Under the pieces are notes generated by a model. The model saw nothing but the letters and a program-made list of their open reading frames with translations. It had not been told where the DNA came from and did not search any database. Source: Bryobacteraceae bacterium (GTDB lineage: Bacteria; Acidobacteriota; Terriglobia; Bryobacterales; Bryobacteraceae). From it: a stretch of DNA of 64,000 bases. This document shows positions 1 to 9,769 of this stretch, piece by piece. The stretch lies in contig JBEKYC010000013.1 in the NCBI GenBank assembly GCA_049511415.1, forward strand, positions 9,176 through 73,175, written 5' to 3'. Numbering within the stretch: position 1 is the first letter of the stretch; each line of letters begins with the position of its first letter. The translations under genes and the position numbers were made by a program.

Positions 1-789
1 TCCGACTTCCTCGAAAAATTCGGTCAGACCATCTTCGAAACCCCCTTCGCCCAGGGCCAGGGCGCCGAGCCGCCCGAAATAGCCGAGATCCGCCTCGCGA
101 TCCTCGATCAAGTCCGCGCCAAAAGCTATCGCTCCGGCGGCAAGAGAGTGTTTCCCTCCAACGTCGTCCACATCCACGTGCGCGGGATCGAAGACAGCCG
201 CGCACCTGTGTTCTCCGGCAAATTCTTCCGCACATACTTCGAGCAGGAACTCCGCCAGCATCTGGACAAGAATGAGATCCGCTATCCTGAGGATCTGCAC
301 ATGCAGGTGCACGTGTTGCGGGAACTGCCCGTGCCCGGCGAACAATGGGTCTGGGTGGAAGTGGAATCGCAGGAGCGCCCGTCCACCGCGCCGCGCCGCG
401 CCGCGCGCTTAATCGTCGTCGAAGGCAAAGCCAACGAAGCCGAGATCACGCTCTCCAAATCCCGCACCAACATCGGCCGCGCGGTGGACGTCTACCGCTC
501 CGAGGGCCTGTTCCGCCGAAACGACTTAGCCTTTACGGAAGATACGGATATCAACCGCACCGTATCCCGCGAACACGCCCACATCCTGCACGACAAAGCT
601 GCGGGCGAGTATCGCTTGTTCAACGACCGCTGGTATTCCCGCGACGAAGCCGGCTCGCCGGCCCCCGCCACCTGGATCGTGCGCGACGGCTTGAGCCACG
701 AAGTGCACCGCACCGCGCGCGGCGCTAAGCTGGAACATGGGGACGAGATCCACTTCGGGAAGGCCGTAGTGCGGTTTCAGGCCAAGTGA
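1..789 (+). CDS. FHA domain-containing protein (FhaA-like, N-terminal DUF3662-type region + C-terminal FHA); 5' end lies outside the window
   Basis: Frame 1 is open from nt 1 (SDFLEKFGQT...) into listed ORF 148..789. C-terminal 'TNIGRA..NDLAF..VSREHAHI..YRLFND..GDEIHFG' is a typical FHA signature. Confidence 0.8.
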   Translation, partial: SDFLEKFGQTIFETPFAQGQGAEPPEIAEIRLAILDQVRAKSYRSGGKRVFPSNVVHIHVRGIEDSRAPVFSGKFFRTYFEQELRQHLDKNEIRYPEDLHMQVHVLRELPVPGEQWVWVEVESQERPSTAPRRAARLIVVEGKANEAEITLSKSRTNIGRAVDVYRSEGLFRRNDLAFTEDTDINRTVSREHAHILHDKAAGEYRLFNDRWYSRDEAGSPAPATWIVRDGLSHEVHRTARGAKLEHGDEIHFGKAVVRFQAK

Positions 790-805
790 TCCGGCAACCA
801 AGCGC

Positions 806-1579
806 TTGTCGGAAACATCTACAGAGTGGTACATTCTGTTATCCTGGTTTAATATATTGCGATCCGATCTGAAGCCACGTCTTTTGTGCGTGTTTGCTTT
901 GTCTTGTGGAGTGCTGAGCGCAGCCACGGCATCCGCGCCGGACGCCATTGTCGAGAACTACCGGACGGCCGCGCGGCAGCAGGAGCGCGCCCTGAATGGC
1001 GCTTCCATGGAAGTCGATATCGCCGCTTCGTTGCCGAAACTGAACAAGCAGGGCCGTCTGCACGCGTTACGCCGCGTCTCGCGGTTGGGCCACATTACTT
1101 ACGAAGCGTTGCACTTTGAAGGCGACAATACGGTCAAGAACCACGTCATAGCGAAATATCTGTCCGCCGAGGCCGAGGCGCAATCCGACGGCGCCGACGC
1201 ATTTGCGGTTACTCCCGCCAACTACAAATTCAAGTACAAGGGAGTCATCCAGCACGGCGACGAGACCGCGCACGTCTTTGAGGTGACCCCCCGTCACAAA
1301 CTGGTCGGACTCTTCAAAGGCGAAATCTGGGTCGACGCCGACTCGTTTCTGCTGCTTCGCGAATCCGGCCGGCTGGTGAAAACACCTTCCATCTTCTTGA
1401 AGAAAGTCGAATTTGTCAGAGAGTACCAGATTCAGGGTGGTGTTTCGGTTCCGCGCCAGCTGCACACCATGGTGGATACCCGGCTGGTGGGGCCCGCGGA
1501 GCTTACCATCGACTTCCGGAATGTGTCCCTGTCCGAAAATCCCAAAGAGGCTAGCGTTGTGGATTTAGGCGATCAATAG
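806..1579 (+). CDS. secreted protein, outer-membrane lipoprotein-sorting (LolA-like) fold suspected
   Basis: 257-aa ORF with a hydrophobic signal-like segment (LLCVFALSCGVLSAATASA). The body 'HVFEVTPRHK..LFKGEIWVDADSFLLLRESGRL' resembles LolA-like/DUF-type sorting proteins. Start uncertain: TTG 806 or TTG 857. Confidence 0.5.
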   Translation: MSETSTEWYILLSWFNILRSDLKPRLLCVFALSCGVLSAATASAPDAIVENYRTAARQQERALNGASMEVDIAASLPKLNKQGRLHALRRVSRLGHITYEALHFEGDNTVKNHVIAKYLSAEAEAQSDGADAFAVTPANYKFKYKGVIQHGDETAHVFEVTPRHKLVGLFKGEIWVDADSFLLLRESGRLVKTPSIFLKKVEFVREYQIQGGVSVPRQLHTMVDTRLVGPAELTIDFRNVSLSENPKEASVVDLGDQ

Positions 1580-1604
1580 CGGCTGCTATGCCAAGTGACT
1601 ATTC

Positions 1605-3077
1605 ATGAGAACACTGTTTCTGAATCCTCCGTCCTTTGAAGGCTTCGATGGCGGCGCCAGTTCCCGCTGGCCGGCCACGCGGGAAATCGAGTCCTACTGG
1701 TATCCCGTTTGGCTGTGCTATCCGGCCGGCATGCTGCCTGATAGCAAGGTCGTCGATGCGCCGCCGCACAAGATCTCCATCGAGCAGACCGTGGCCATGG
1801 CCAATGACTTCGAACTCCTCGTCCTGTTCACCTCCACACCCGGATTTCATGTGGACGTGAAGATGGCTGAGATGATGAAGGACACAAACCCGAAGCTGAA
1901 GGTAGCCTTCGTCGGTCCGCCGGTCACGGTCGAGCCCGAAAAATCGCTGCGCACGTCGCCGGCTATCGACTTCGTGGTGCGCCGCGAGTTCGATTACCAG
2001 ATCGCCGACTACGCCAACGGCAAGCCGCTCGAAGAACTGCCCGGCGTCAGCTTCCGCAAGAACGGCCACATCGTCAATAACCCGGAGCGCGCGGCCATCG
2101 AGAATCTGGATGAGCTGCCCTGGGTCACCAAGGTTTATCAGCGCGATCTGGACGTGAAGCGGTATAACGTGCCGTTTCTGCTGAATCCGTACATCGCGCT
2201 CTACACGTCGCGCGGCTGCCCCGCCATGTGTACCTTCTGCCTGTGGCCGCAGACGCATTCCGGCCATCGCTGGCGCTTGCGCTCGGCGGACGATATCGCG
2301 CGCGAAGTGGCCTTCGCCAAAGAAGCATTCCCCTACGTCAAAGAGATTTTCTTCGACGACGACACGTTCAATTATCAGAAGGCGCGCACCATCGAGCTGT
2401 GCAAGAAGCTGAAGCCTCTGAACTTCACCTGGTCCTGTACCTCGCGCGTGACAACGGATTACGACACCCTGAAGGCCATGAAGGAGTCCGGCTGCCGCCT
2501 GTTGATCGTGGGCTATGAATCCGGCGAGCAGCAGATCCTGAAGAACATCAAGAAGGGCGCCACCGTGGATATGGCGCTGCGCTTCACCGATAACTGCAAG
2601 AAGCTGGGACTGTTGGTGCACGGCGATTTCATCATCGGGCTGCCCGGCGAGACGCGCGAAAGCATCCGCAAGACCATCGACTTCGCCAAACGCCTGGATA
2701 ACGAAACGATTCAGGTCTCCATCGCGCATCCTTATCCCGGCACTGAGTTTTACGATTACGTCAAGAACAACAACTTGATTACCATCGATGCCATGACGGA
2801 TGAGACCGGCCATCAGCTTCCTAACATCACTTACCCGGGGCTCGACCGTGGGGAGTTGGTGGATTGGGTGGAGCGCTTCTACGGCGAATATTATTTCCGC
2901 CCGCGCGTAATCTGGCGTGTAGTGCGCAAGGCCATTTTCGATTCCACCGAACGCAAGCGTCTATCAAAAGAGGCGCGCGAATATATGGCTTTGCGCTCCA
3001 AGCGCAAGAAATTCGTAGCCGCTGAACGCAAGGCCGACACCCGGCCCGCTCCGGCCACGGCCAGCTCCGGTGACTAG
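1605..3077 (+). CDS. hpnJ: hopanoid biosynthesis-associated B12-binding radical SAM protein HpnJ
   Basis: 490 aa. N-terminus 'MRTLFLNPPSFEGFDGGASSRWPATREIESYWYP' and radical SAM motif 'CPAMCTFC' match my memory of HpnJ (TIGR03471). hpnI lies nearby. Confidence 0.88.
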   Translation: MRTLFLNPPSFEGFDGGASSRWPATREIESYWYPVWLCYPAGMLPDSKVVDAPPHKISIEQTVAMANDFELLVLFTSTPGFHVDVKMAEMMKDTNPKLKVAFVGPPVTVEPEKSLRTSPAIDFVVRREFDYQIADYANGKPLEELPGVSFRKNGHIVNNPERAAIENLDELPWVTKVYQRDLDVKRYNVPFLLNPYIALYTSRGCPAMCTFCLWPQTHSGHRWRLRSADDIAREVAFAKEAFPYVKEIFFDDDTFNYQKARTIELCKKLKPLNFTWSCTSRVTTDYDTLKAMKESGCRLLIVGYESGEQQILKNIKKGATVDMALRFTDNCKKLGLLVHGDFIIGLPGETRESIRKTIDFAKRLDNETIQVSIAHPYPGTEFYDYVKNNNLITIDAMTDETGHQLPNITYPGLDRGELVDWVERFYGEYYFRPRVIWRVVRKAIFDSTERKRLSKEAREYMALRSKRKKFVAAERKADTRPAPATASSGD

Positions 3078-3083
3078 TTTCGA

Positions 3084-3494
3084 ATGAACGGACACGCGGC
3101 GCGCCTGCGTCTGAAAACCAGGTTCTTCACGGCGCTGACCGTGCTCAGCAGCGTGTGCGGGGATTTCTCCCTGACTTGCGGGATGCGGCAGGTCGGCCGC
3201 TTGGTCACACTTTCTCCGTTGGCCTATATGCGGGCCGTTTGCAACCCGCTGGTGGCGCTGGGCATTGCCTTGTTGATCCTGTGGCTGTTGCTGCATATGG
3301 CTTTGTTGAGTTGGGCTGACCTCAGCTATGTCCTACCGGTAACCTCGGTTGGCTATGTGCTGGCCGCCTTGGCGGGCCGGTTATTCCTGCACGAGAATAT
3401 TTCGGCCTGGCGCTGGGCCGGCATTCTCTTGATCGTTTCCGGCGTGGCCCTGGTGGCGCGCACGGGCTCGCATGCGTCGGGAACCGCCTCATGA
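3084..3494 (+). CDS. half-size DMT/EamA-like membrane protein (about 4 TM)
   Basis: 136 aa, hydrophobic, EamA-like N-terminus (..GDFSLTCGMRQVG..). Starts 6 nt after the hpnJ stop. Its stop overlaps the next start (ATGA at 3491-3494). Confidence 0.6.
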   Translation: MNGHAARLRLKTRFFTALTVLSSVCGDFSLTCGMRQVGRLVTLSPLAYMRAVCNPLVALGIALLILWLLLHMALLSWADLSYVLPVTSVGYVLAALAGRLFLHENISAWRWAGILLIVSGVALVARTGSHASGTAS

Positions 3495-3853
3495 GATGGC
3501 TGCTGGTAGCGGTGATCGCCTTGGCCACCACCATCGCGGACGTGGCGCAGGCGGCGGCCATGAAGCGTCACGGGGAGATTCGCGATTTCCGGCCGGGCGC
3601 CATCCGCCGCCTGCTGGCGTTGCTGGCCCGCAATAAGCTGATCATCGCATCGGTCGCCGCGATGGCCATCTCGTTCTTCGCTTTCATCGCGCTGCTCTCG
3701 ATCGCCGATCTCAGCTTCGCGGTGCCCGCCACCGCCGCCAGTTACGTGATCGAGACCATGCTCGCCAAATACCTGTTGAAGGAACCCGTAACCCCGGGGC
3801 GCTGGGTGGGCGCTTCCCTGGTGGCCTGCGGCGTCCTGTTGCTATCCCGGTGA
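3491..3853 (+). CDS. half-size DMT/EamA-like membrane protein (about 4 TM)
   Basis: 120 aa, 'IADVAQAAAMKRHGEI' EamA-like start, hydrophobic. Overlaps neighbours by ATGA (3491) and GTGA (3850). Confidence 0.6.
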   Translation: MRWLLVAVIALATTIADVAQAAAMKRHGEIRDFRPGAIRRLLALLARNKLIIASVAAMAISFFAFIALLSIADLSFAVPATAASYVIETMLAKYLLKEPVTPGRWVGASLVACGVLLLSR

Positions 3854-4953
3854 CCTGGCTCGCCCTGCCCGCTCTGGCCGCAACCGCTTACTGGCTGCTC
3901 GTGCTCATCGCCGCCCTGCGATGGCGCAAGTCATCTCCCATCAGCCAGGAGCGGCCGCCGATCACGATTCTCAAGCCCGTGCACGGACGCGATCCGCACT
4001 TCTACGCCGCCATCCGTTCGCATGCGCTGCAGGACTACCCGCGCTACGAAATCCTGTTTGGCATCGCCGATCCGGATGACCCTGCCGCGGACGATATCCG
4101 GCGCCTCATCGCCGAGTTTCCCGCCGGCGATATCCGCCTCATCGTGACGTCCACGATATTTCCCAACCGCAAAGTCGGCGTGTTGGCCGGCCTTGCCGCC
4201 CAAGCCCGCTATCCGCTGCTCCTGATCAACGATAGCGACATCAGCGTTCCCCCGAACTACTTGCGCCAGACCACTGCCGTGCTGCAACGCCCCAGCGTGG
4301 GTTTGGTCACCTGCCTCTATCGGGCGCAATCCGGCGCTGCGCCGGGCCAATGGGAAGCATTGGGCGTGGCCACCGAATTCGTGCCCAGCGTTCTGGTGGC
4401 GCGCATGCTCGGTTCCGTGGAATTCGCCCTGGGTTCCACCATGCTCCTGCGCGCGGCGGACTTGCAGCGCATCGGCGGATTCCCCGCAATTGGCGATTAC
4501 CTGGCCGACGACTATCAACTGGGAAGGCGCATCCACGATCTGGGCCTGCGCGTCGAGTTCGCTTCTCCGATTGTCGAAACCCATCTCGGCGGCCAGACCT
4601 GGGGCGCTGTCTGGCGTCATCAGTTACGCTGGTCGCGCAGCATTCGGGTGTCGCGGCCGGGAGGATACTTCGGCTATCTGGTCACGCACGCTACCTTCTG
4701 GTCACTGGTCGCCGCGCTGGGCGGCGCCTGGCCCGTCGCACTGGCCGTTCTGGCCGTCCGTTTGGCCGCCGGACTCCTGGTTTGCGCGCGCGTGCTCGAA
4801 GATCGCGATTCCATACGCCGCGCCTGGCGGATCCCCTTCCGCGACCTGTGCGGCTTCGCCCTTTGGCTCTCCGGCCTGTGCGGTAATACGGTCGAGTGGC
4901 GCGGGGCTAGGATAAAAATCAGGTCCGATGGTAAGATAGTATCGGATCTTTAA
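3850..4953 (+). CDS. hpnI: hopanoid-associated family-2 glycosyltransferase HpnI (ceramide glucosyltransferase-like)
   Basis: 367 aa. 'ITILKPVHG.DP..Y...S...QDYP..EILFG..DP.DPA', 'GLVTCLYR', 'LADDYQLG', 'HQLRWSRSIR' match the HpnI/GT21-like pattern. Co-located with hpnJ. Confidence 0.8.
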   Translation: MTWLALPALAATAYWLLVLIAALRWRKSSPISQERPPITILKPVHGRDPHFYAAIRSHALQDYPRYEILFGIADPDDPAADDIRRLIAEFPAGDIRLIVTSTIFPNRKVGVLAGLAAQARYPLLLINDSDISVPPNYLRQTTAVLQRPSVGLVTCLYRAQSGAAPGQWEALGVATEFVPSVLVARMLGSVEFALGSTMLLRAADLQRIGGFPAIGDYLADDYQLGRRIHDLGLRVEFASPIVETHLGGQTWGAVWRHQLRWSRSIRVSRPGGYFGYLVTHATFWSLVAALGGAWPVALAVLAVRLAAGLLVCARVLEDRDSIRRAWRIPFRDLCGFALWLSGLCGNTVEWRGARIKIRSDGKIVSDL

Positions 4954-4980
4954 CTACTGTTATTGATTAGGGAGGTCACC

Positions 4981-5649
4981 GTGATCGTGCTTCTCTTCGG
5001 TCCGCCCGGATGCGGCAAAGGCACCCAGGCAACCGCGATCGCTCGCCGTTTCCGCATCCCCGCGATCTCCACGGGTGAAATGTTCCGCGCCGAATGCCGC
5101 TCCGGAACGGAACTGGGCCGGCTGGCCTGCTCCATACTCAAATCCGGAGGCCTGGTCGGCGACGGCATTGTGAACCAGATCGTCGCGGGCAGAATTCAAC
5201 AGCCGGATTGCGAATTCGGATTTCTTCTGGATGGCTACCCGCGCACGCTCGAACAGGCTCATTTCCTGGATGCGCTGGTGACGAAACTGGGACTGCCCAG
5301 ACCCGTCGCCATTCACCTGGACGTGCCGCCGCAGGTGCTGGTCGCGCGCATTACCGCGCGCCGCCAGTGCGGGTATTGCGGGCGCATCTACAATATGCTG
5401 TCGCAGCCGCCCCGCAACGGCGAAATCTGCGACGAGGACGCGACGCCGCTCATCCGCCGCGACGACGACACCGAGGCCGTGATTCTGGCGCGCCTGCAGG
5501 CCTACCACGACGCCACCGGTCCGGTGGTCGACTATTATCGCGATGCCGGCTGCTTCCGCGTGGATGCCACCGGCACGCCGGAACAGATTTTTGCCCAGAT
5601 CGAGCCTCTGCTGGCGAATTGCCGCGAGCCCGTCCTACTATTGCGATAG
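4981..5649 (+). CDS. adk: adenylate kinase (Zn-lid type, CxxC...CxD)
   Basis: 'LLFGPPGCGKGTQA', 'LLDGYPRT', lid 'CGYCGRIYN...CDEDATPLIRRDDD'. GTG at 4981 sits 6 nt after the AGGGAGG Shine-Dalgarno, so the ORF-track TTG at 4963 is probably not the start. Confidence 0.95.
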   Translation: MIVLLFGPPGCGKGTQATAIARRFRIPAISTGEMFRAECRSGTELGRLACSILKSGGLVGDGIVNQIVAGRIQQPDCEFGFLLDGYPRTLEQAHFLDALVTKLGLPRPVAIHLDVPPQVLVARITARRQCGYCGRIYNMLSQPPRNGEICDEDATPLIRRDDDTEAVILARLQAYHDATGPVVDYYRDAGCFRVDATGTPEQIFAQIEPLLANCREPVLLLR

Positions 5650-6825
5650 CGAATAGCCTAACGACTCCGCGCCCGCCGCCACGGTCCGTGCCTGGCGCGC
5701 CGGGTCTTTCACCGGATTCGAGGCGGCCCGGTCCAGCCTGCGCCATAGCCCCACTCCGGGAATCACCGTTAGTAGTGTAGCCGCCCAAGGTACGATCAGG
5801 GATGTTAGAAACAGACCGGTGCCCCACCGCAGCGCTACTAGCCAGACCGCGACCGCCAGAAATCCAAAGCCCGCCGCCGCGCGGCGCTCCGGAGCCGACC
5901 ATGGAACTTCACCCTGCGTGATCGCGTACAGAGCCAGTGTGAATGGCACGGCCACGATCATATCGGCCAGGTAGTGGAAGACGAGCGTCTGCAACAGCAT
6001 GATCGCCAGCAACGCGCGCAGCGCCGTGCGCCACGGACGGCTGCATTTGCCGGCCGCCCAGAAGACCACCAGTGCCCAGGCCGTGTGCAGCGAGGGCATG
6101 CAGTTGCGGGCCACCGCCGCGGCGATGTAGGTAGGTGCCACCGGCACGGCGTTGAGAGCCGGCGGATGCCACGGAAAAGATCTGGCGAACAGCCAGTATG
6201 CTCCCACGGCCGGGAATACCACGTAACAAGCCGCTCCACAAACTCCCACCAACACAATAAACACAAACAGGCGCAGCGCCTTGGCGGAGCTTTGCCTCTC
6301 CGCAATGACGTAGGCCGTCATCAGAAATACCGGTAGGGCCTCGTAGAGCGTGCGCGAGAAGTCGCTGACCGCGGGCGTCACCGCAACCAGCCTGCCGGCC
6401 CAAAACGACGGCTGAAATCCCAGGCTGCCGTCGAACGCGTAGAGGTAATGATCGTAGGTCACGCCATGCGAACCGGAGTTCAGGAACAGTGCCGTGAGGA
6501 TCCCGAAAACGGGCGGAAAGGAAAGCTTGGCCAGCAGTTTCAGATCGGAGCGGCCGGTGAGGAACGGCATGACGAAAACCGCCGGGATGGCCCCCGCGCC
6601 GCAATAGGAAAGCGCTTCCAGAACGCGATGCCACAGGTTGCCGCTAAAGCCCAGATACGCGCCCAGGCACGCCGCCGCCGCGGTGGCTGCCAGCAGCACG
6701 CGAAACTTGGGCCGGTAGGCCAGAAACAGCACCAGACATGCCAGGAAATTCATGTTTGCGCTGGCGCCGATAGGCTCCGTCATGTCTTCAGTCCGTCGGC
6801 CGGCGCGCGCGCCGACCCGAGGCAT
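5638..6825 (-). CDS. PAP2-superfamily polytopic membrane protein (lipid phosphate phosphatase/phosphotransferase-like), paralog A
   Basis: 395 aa, multi-TM. 'NCMPSLHTAWA' and 'FHYLADMIVAVPF' give the His/His/Asp PAP2 triad. Aligns with 9986..11236. Start could be ATG 6783 instead of 6825. Confidence 0.7.
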   Translation of the reverse strand: MPRVGARAGRRTEDMTEPIGASANMNFLACLVLFLAYRPKFRVLLAATAAAACLGAYLGFSGNLWHRVLEALSYCGAGAIPAVFVMPFLTGRSDLKLLAKLSFPPVFGILTALFLNSGSHGVTYDHYLYAFDGSLGFQPSFWAGRLVAVTPAVSDFSRTLYEALPVFLMTAYVIAERQSSAKALRLFVFIVLVGVCGAACYVVFPAVGAYWLFARSFPWHPPALNAVPVAPTYIAAAVARNCMPSLHTAWALVVFWAAGKCSRPWRTALRALLAIMLLQTLVFHYLADMIVAVPFTLALYAITQGEVPWSAPERRAAAGFGFLAVAVWLVALRWGTGLFLTSLIVPWAATLLTVIPGVGLWRRLDRAASNPVKDPARQARTVAAGAESLGYSLSQ

Positions 6826-7009
6826 AGTAGCATGGCCGCCGGGGCCGGTTCATTATTAACGAAGGACAGTATACGGCGTGGAGTGTCAGGCCGCGATAAT
6901 GGTCGCTTGGATTGGGGCAAAAAACATTCCGCCGTAAGGTCTTGCCCCTGTTCCGTTCCCTCCGTTACCAAGCCGATCATAGAGCAGCGGGAAGTGTGGG
7001 AGTGAATTT

Positions 7010-8455
7010 GTGACACGCAGGCGCGCGATCGTTTACGGGGCTTTATTGACGGCGCTGCTGCTCGTCCCATGTTTCTGGCAACCGAGGATTGAAGCGGGCG
7101 ATTTGTCCAGTCACGTTTATAACGCCTGGCTGGCCCAGATCATCGCACGCGGCCAGGCGCCCGGCCTGGCGGTCGTGCGGCAAACCAACAATGTCCTGTT
7201 TGACCTGATGCTCTCCGGGTTGATGCGCGCCGTCGGCGCGGCGGCGGCCCAGCGTGCCGTGGTTGCTTGCGCCGTTCTGGTGTTTTTCTGGGGAGCTTTC
7301 GCTTTTATTTGGTCCAGCGCGCGGCCCCGGCGAGCCCCATGGCAACTGGTTCCGGGTCTCGTCATGCTCGCCTACGGATGGGTTTTTCGCATGGGCCTGT
7401 TCAATTTCTATATCGCTCTTGGCCTTTCGTTCGCAGCGTTGGCCCTGGCGCGGCAGAAATCACGGCGGGCTTGGGCCGGAGCGGGATGGCTTGCCGCCGT
7501 GGCCTACATTGCCCATCCTCTTCCAGTGATCTGGGCCGGGGGCCTCTATGTTTACGAGCGGATCGCCCGCACCATCGCACCGCGGCGGCGTTCCTGGCTG
7601 ATGGTCGGCATATTGGTGGCCTTTACGTTGGTGGGGCTTTGGATGGGCCTTTCCTTCAAAACCCGGCGCGGCTGGGATCAAATTGCGGCCACCACCGGAG
7701 CGGAGCAACTCTGGGTTTACGGCCTCCCGTATGTTGCCTTGTCGCTGGCATTTCTGGCCGTCGGAGCTATGGCTTTCTTTCGCGTCGTTACCGAGCGCGG
7801 CGCCTTGCGCACGGTTTTCGATATCCGATTTCAGCTTTGGGCTCTCACCGGGGCCGCTGTCGTGCTGCTGCCGGCCGCCGTCGTGCTGCCCGGCTACCGT
7901 TCCGGTCTCGACTTTGTCGCCGAACGTATGTCCCTGGGTGGAGCGGTTCTGATGTGCGGCCTGCTAATGACGGTCCGGTTACCCAAGCCTCTGGTTGTCG
8001 CTGTGACGGGGATGGCCGTGGTCTTCTTCGCGTTGTCCTATCGCGATGAGCGTGCCCTGAACCTCCTGGAGACCAAGATGGAGCGCGCCGTGGCGGTGCT
8101 GCCGCCAAACCAACGGGTGGTGAGCGCGCTGGAAGATCCCGAGAGCCGTGTGAAGAGCCTCGCCCATATGGTGGACCGCATCTGCGTCGGCCGATGTTTC
8201 AGCTATGCCAACTATGAGCCTTGCACCTGGCAGTTCCGCGTGCGAACTGAGCGCGCCAATCCCGTGGTCGTTTCCGAGTACCGCGATTCGTGGCGTATGC
8301 AGACCGGTAACTATGTGGTCAGGCCCGCGGATGTGCCGCTTTACAAAATTGACCTCTGTGATCCAGGCAAAGCGGATTTATGCGTAACACCGCTCGAAGC
8401 CGGCGATCAGTTACGCAACAGCGGCCTGCGAGTGGCTGCAGTACGGGGAGAATAG
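7010..8455 (+). CDS. polytopic membrane protein with Cys-containing C-terminal soluble domain, family unassigned, paralog A
   Basis: 481 aa. GTG start 7 nt after GGGAG. N-terminal 'CFWQPRIEAGDLSSHVYNAWLA' and C-terminal 'DRICVGRCFSYANYEP..FRVRTER..LYKIDLC' are shared with 11224..12699. Confidence 0.75.
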   Translation: MTRRRAIVYGALLTALLLVPCFWQPRIEAGDLSSHVYNAWLAQIIARGQAPGLAVVRQTNNVLFDLMLSGLMRAVGAAAAQRAVVACAVLVFFWGAFAFIWSSARPRRAPWQLVPGLVMLAYGWVFRMGLFNFYIALGLSFAALALARQKSRRAWAGAGWLAAVAYIAHPLPVIWAGGLYVYERIARTIAPRRRSWLMVGILVAFTLVGLWMGLSFKTRRGWDQIAATTGAEQLWVYGLPYVALSLAFLAVGAMAFFRVVTERGALRTVFDIRFQLWALTGAAVVLLPAAVVLPGYRSGLDFVAERMSLGGAVLMCGLLMTVRLPKPLVVAVTGMAVVFFALSYRDERALNLLETKMERAVAVLPPNQRVVSALEDPESRVKSLAHMVDRICVGRCFSYANYEPCTWQFRVRTERANPVVVSEYRDSWRMQTGNYVVRPADVPLYKIDLCDPGKADLCVTPLEAGDQLRNSGLRVAAVRGE

Positions 8456-8458
8456 GCC

Positions 8459-8563
8459 ATGACGCCTGCACAAGCAAAGGCCTTCGCCTGGCCGCGCCTG
8501 CTCGTGGACTTCCTCCTGTTGGCCGGCATGATCCTGGTGTCATCCAAACTGCTAACTCCCTGA
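8459..8563 (+). CDS. 34-aa single-pass micro-protein (not in the supplied ORF track)
   Basis: Hand translation gives ATG 8459 MTPAQAKAFAWPRLLVDFLLLAGMILVSSKLLTP TGA 8563. GGGGAG lies upstream and the ORF starts 3 nt after the upstream stop. 14/25 identity to the C-terminus of ORF 9770..9952. Confidence 0.45.
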   Translation: MTPAQAKAFAWPRLLVDFLLLAGMILVSSKLLTP

Positions 8564-8616
8564 TGGCTTGGCGTTAACCAAGGAGAGCGGACACTTCCGC
8601 CACTTGGACGCGGATA

Positions 8617-9765
8617 ATGTTTGCTGTGACAGACACTTCGCCGTCAGCGCGCTTGATCCTTGCTGCGGGCATCGCCGGCGCGTGTGTTTGTCTCTGGCTG
8701 GGCTTCAGCGTTCCCGAGCGCGGCGCGGACTTCAACCAGTTCTACGCGGCCGGAAAGCTCGCCGGTAGCGGCCATCTGTACGACTGGGATCGCATCCAGG
8801 CCATCGAACAACTAAACGGCGTGGCCATACCTTTCGGCCGCTTCCCGGTTTATGCGGTTCTGTTCAAGCCGTTGGCCTGGTTGCCTTTCGCATACGCGCG
8901 AGCATCTTGGCTGGCCATCAACCTGGCCGCGCTGCTGGCTTTCGCGGCCTTATGGCCAGTCACCCGCCGCGATCGCTTGTGGATGAGCCTGTGCTGGAGC
9001 TGTCCCGCGGCGCTGCTGCTTTCCACCGGCCAGGATACCGGATTGTTCCTGGCGCTCATAGCCCTGGGCATCCGGCTCCTGCAAGCCGGGCGTCAATTCG
9101 CCGCCGGCCTGGTTCTCTCGCTGTGCGCCGCCAAGATCCATCTGGCGTTAGGAATACCGGTCTTCCTGCTGGCCAACCGGCAATGGACGGCCCTGGCGGG
9201 TGGCGCTCTCGGCGGGCTAGTTCAGTTGGCCGTTTCGTTCGCGGCCGAAGGCGCAGGCTGGCCCACGAAACTGCTCCGCCTGGCTTCGATTTCCGAATTC
9301 AGCCCTGCCGTGCCGAAGATGCCCAACTTGTTTGGTCTGACACATTGGCTCCCGGGAGCCGGCATCATCGAAGCTTCCCTGGCTATTGCTGTCCTCGCGG
9401 CGGTGTGGCTGGTTTCCCGCCGTTCGACCCTGGCGGCGGGCGCTACGTCCGCAGTCATCGGCGGCCTGCTGGTCGGCCATCACGCCTACGTGTACGACGC
9501 CGTGCTCCTGCTGCCGGCGCTGGCGTTGGCCTGGGAAGTGCGCCTGCCCGATAGTCTGCGGTACTGGATCCTACTGCTCTCGACCCCGCTCCCGTATCTG
9601 GCTCTGATGCAGGATCATACGGCCGCTATCGCCCAGGCAAGCATCAGCTTGTTCTGCCTGGCGTTGCTGGCCGTGCTGGCGGCCGATTGCTGGCACATCC
9701 GCGCCGCTCGATTGTGTAATACACGGCCGCGCGAAGTCTTCGCGGCTCAAGCCCAAGGAGGATAG
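8617..9765 (+). CDS. DUF2029/GT87-like polytopic glycosyltransferase
   Basis: 382 aa, about 10 TM. 'ERGADFNQFYAAGKLAGSGHLYDWD' resembles the conserved N-terminal loop of GT87 (PimE-like mannosyltransferase) family proteins. Confidence 0.6.
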   Translation: MFAVTDTSPSARLILAAGIAGACVCLWLGFSVPERGADFNQFYAAGKLAGSGHLYDWDRIQAIEQLNGVAIPFGRFPVYAVLFKPLAWLPFAYARASWLAINLAALLAFAALWPVTRRDRLWMSLCWSCPAALLLSTGQDTGLFLALIALGIRLLQAGRQFAAGLVLSLCAAKIHLALGIPVFLLANRQWTALAGGALGGLVQLAVSFAAEGAGWPTKLLRLASISEFSPAVPKMPNLFGLTHWLPGAGIIEASLAIAVLAAVWLVSRRSTLAAGATSAVIGGLLVGHHAYVYDAVLLLPALALAWEVRLPDSLRYWILLLSTPLPYLALMQDHTAAIAQASISLFCLALLAVLAADCWHIRAARLCNTRPREVFAAQAQGG

Positions 9766-9769
9766 AAAA

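Noticed and set aside
1599-2813. 404-aa ORF antisense to hpnJ
   Set aside because: Arg/Gly/Ala-rich low-information translation typical of the antisense frame of a high-GC gene. The sense strand has an unambiguous HpnJ match.
5094-5780. 228-aa alternative-frame ORF within adk
   Set aside because: Arg/Pro-rich off-frame translation. The adk frame is unambiguous.
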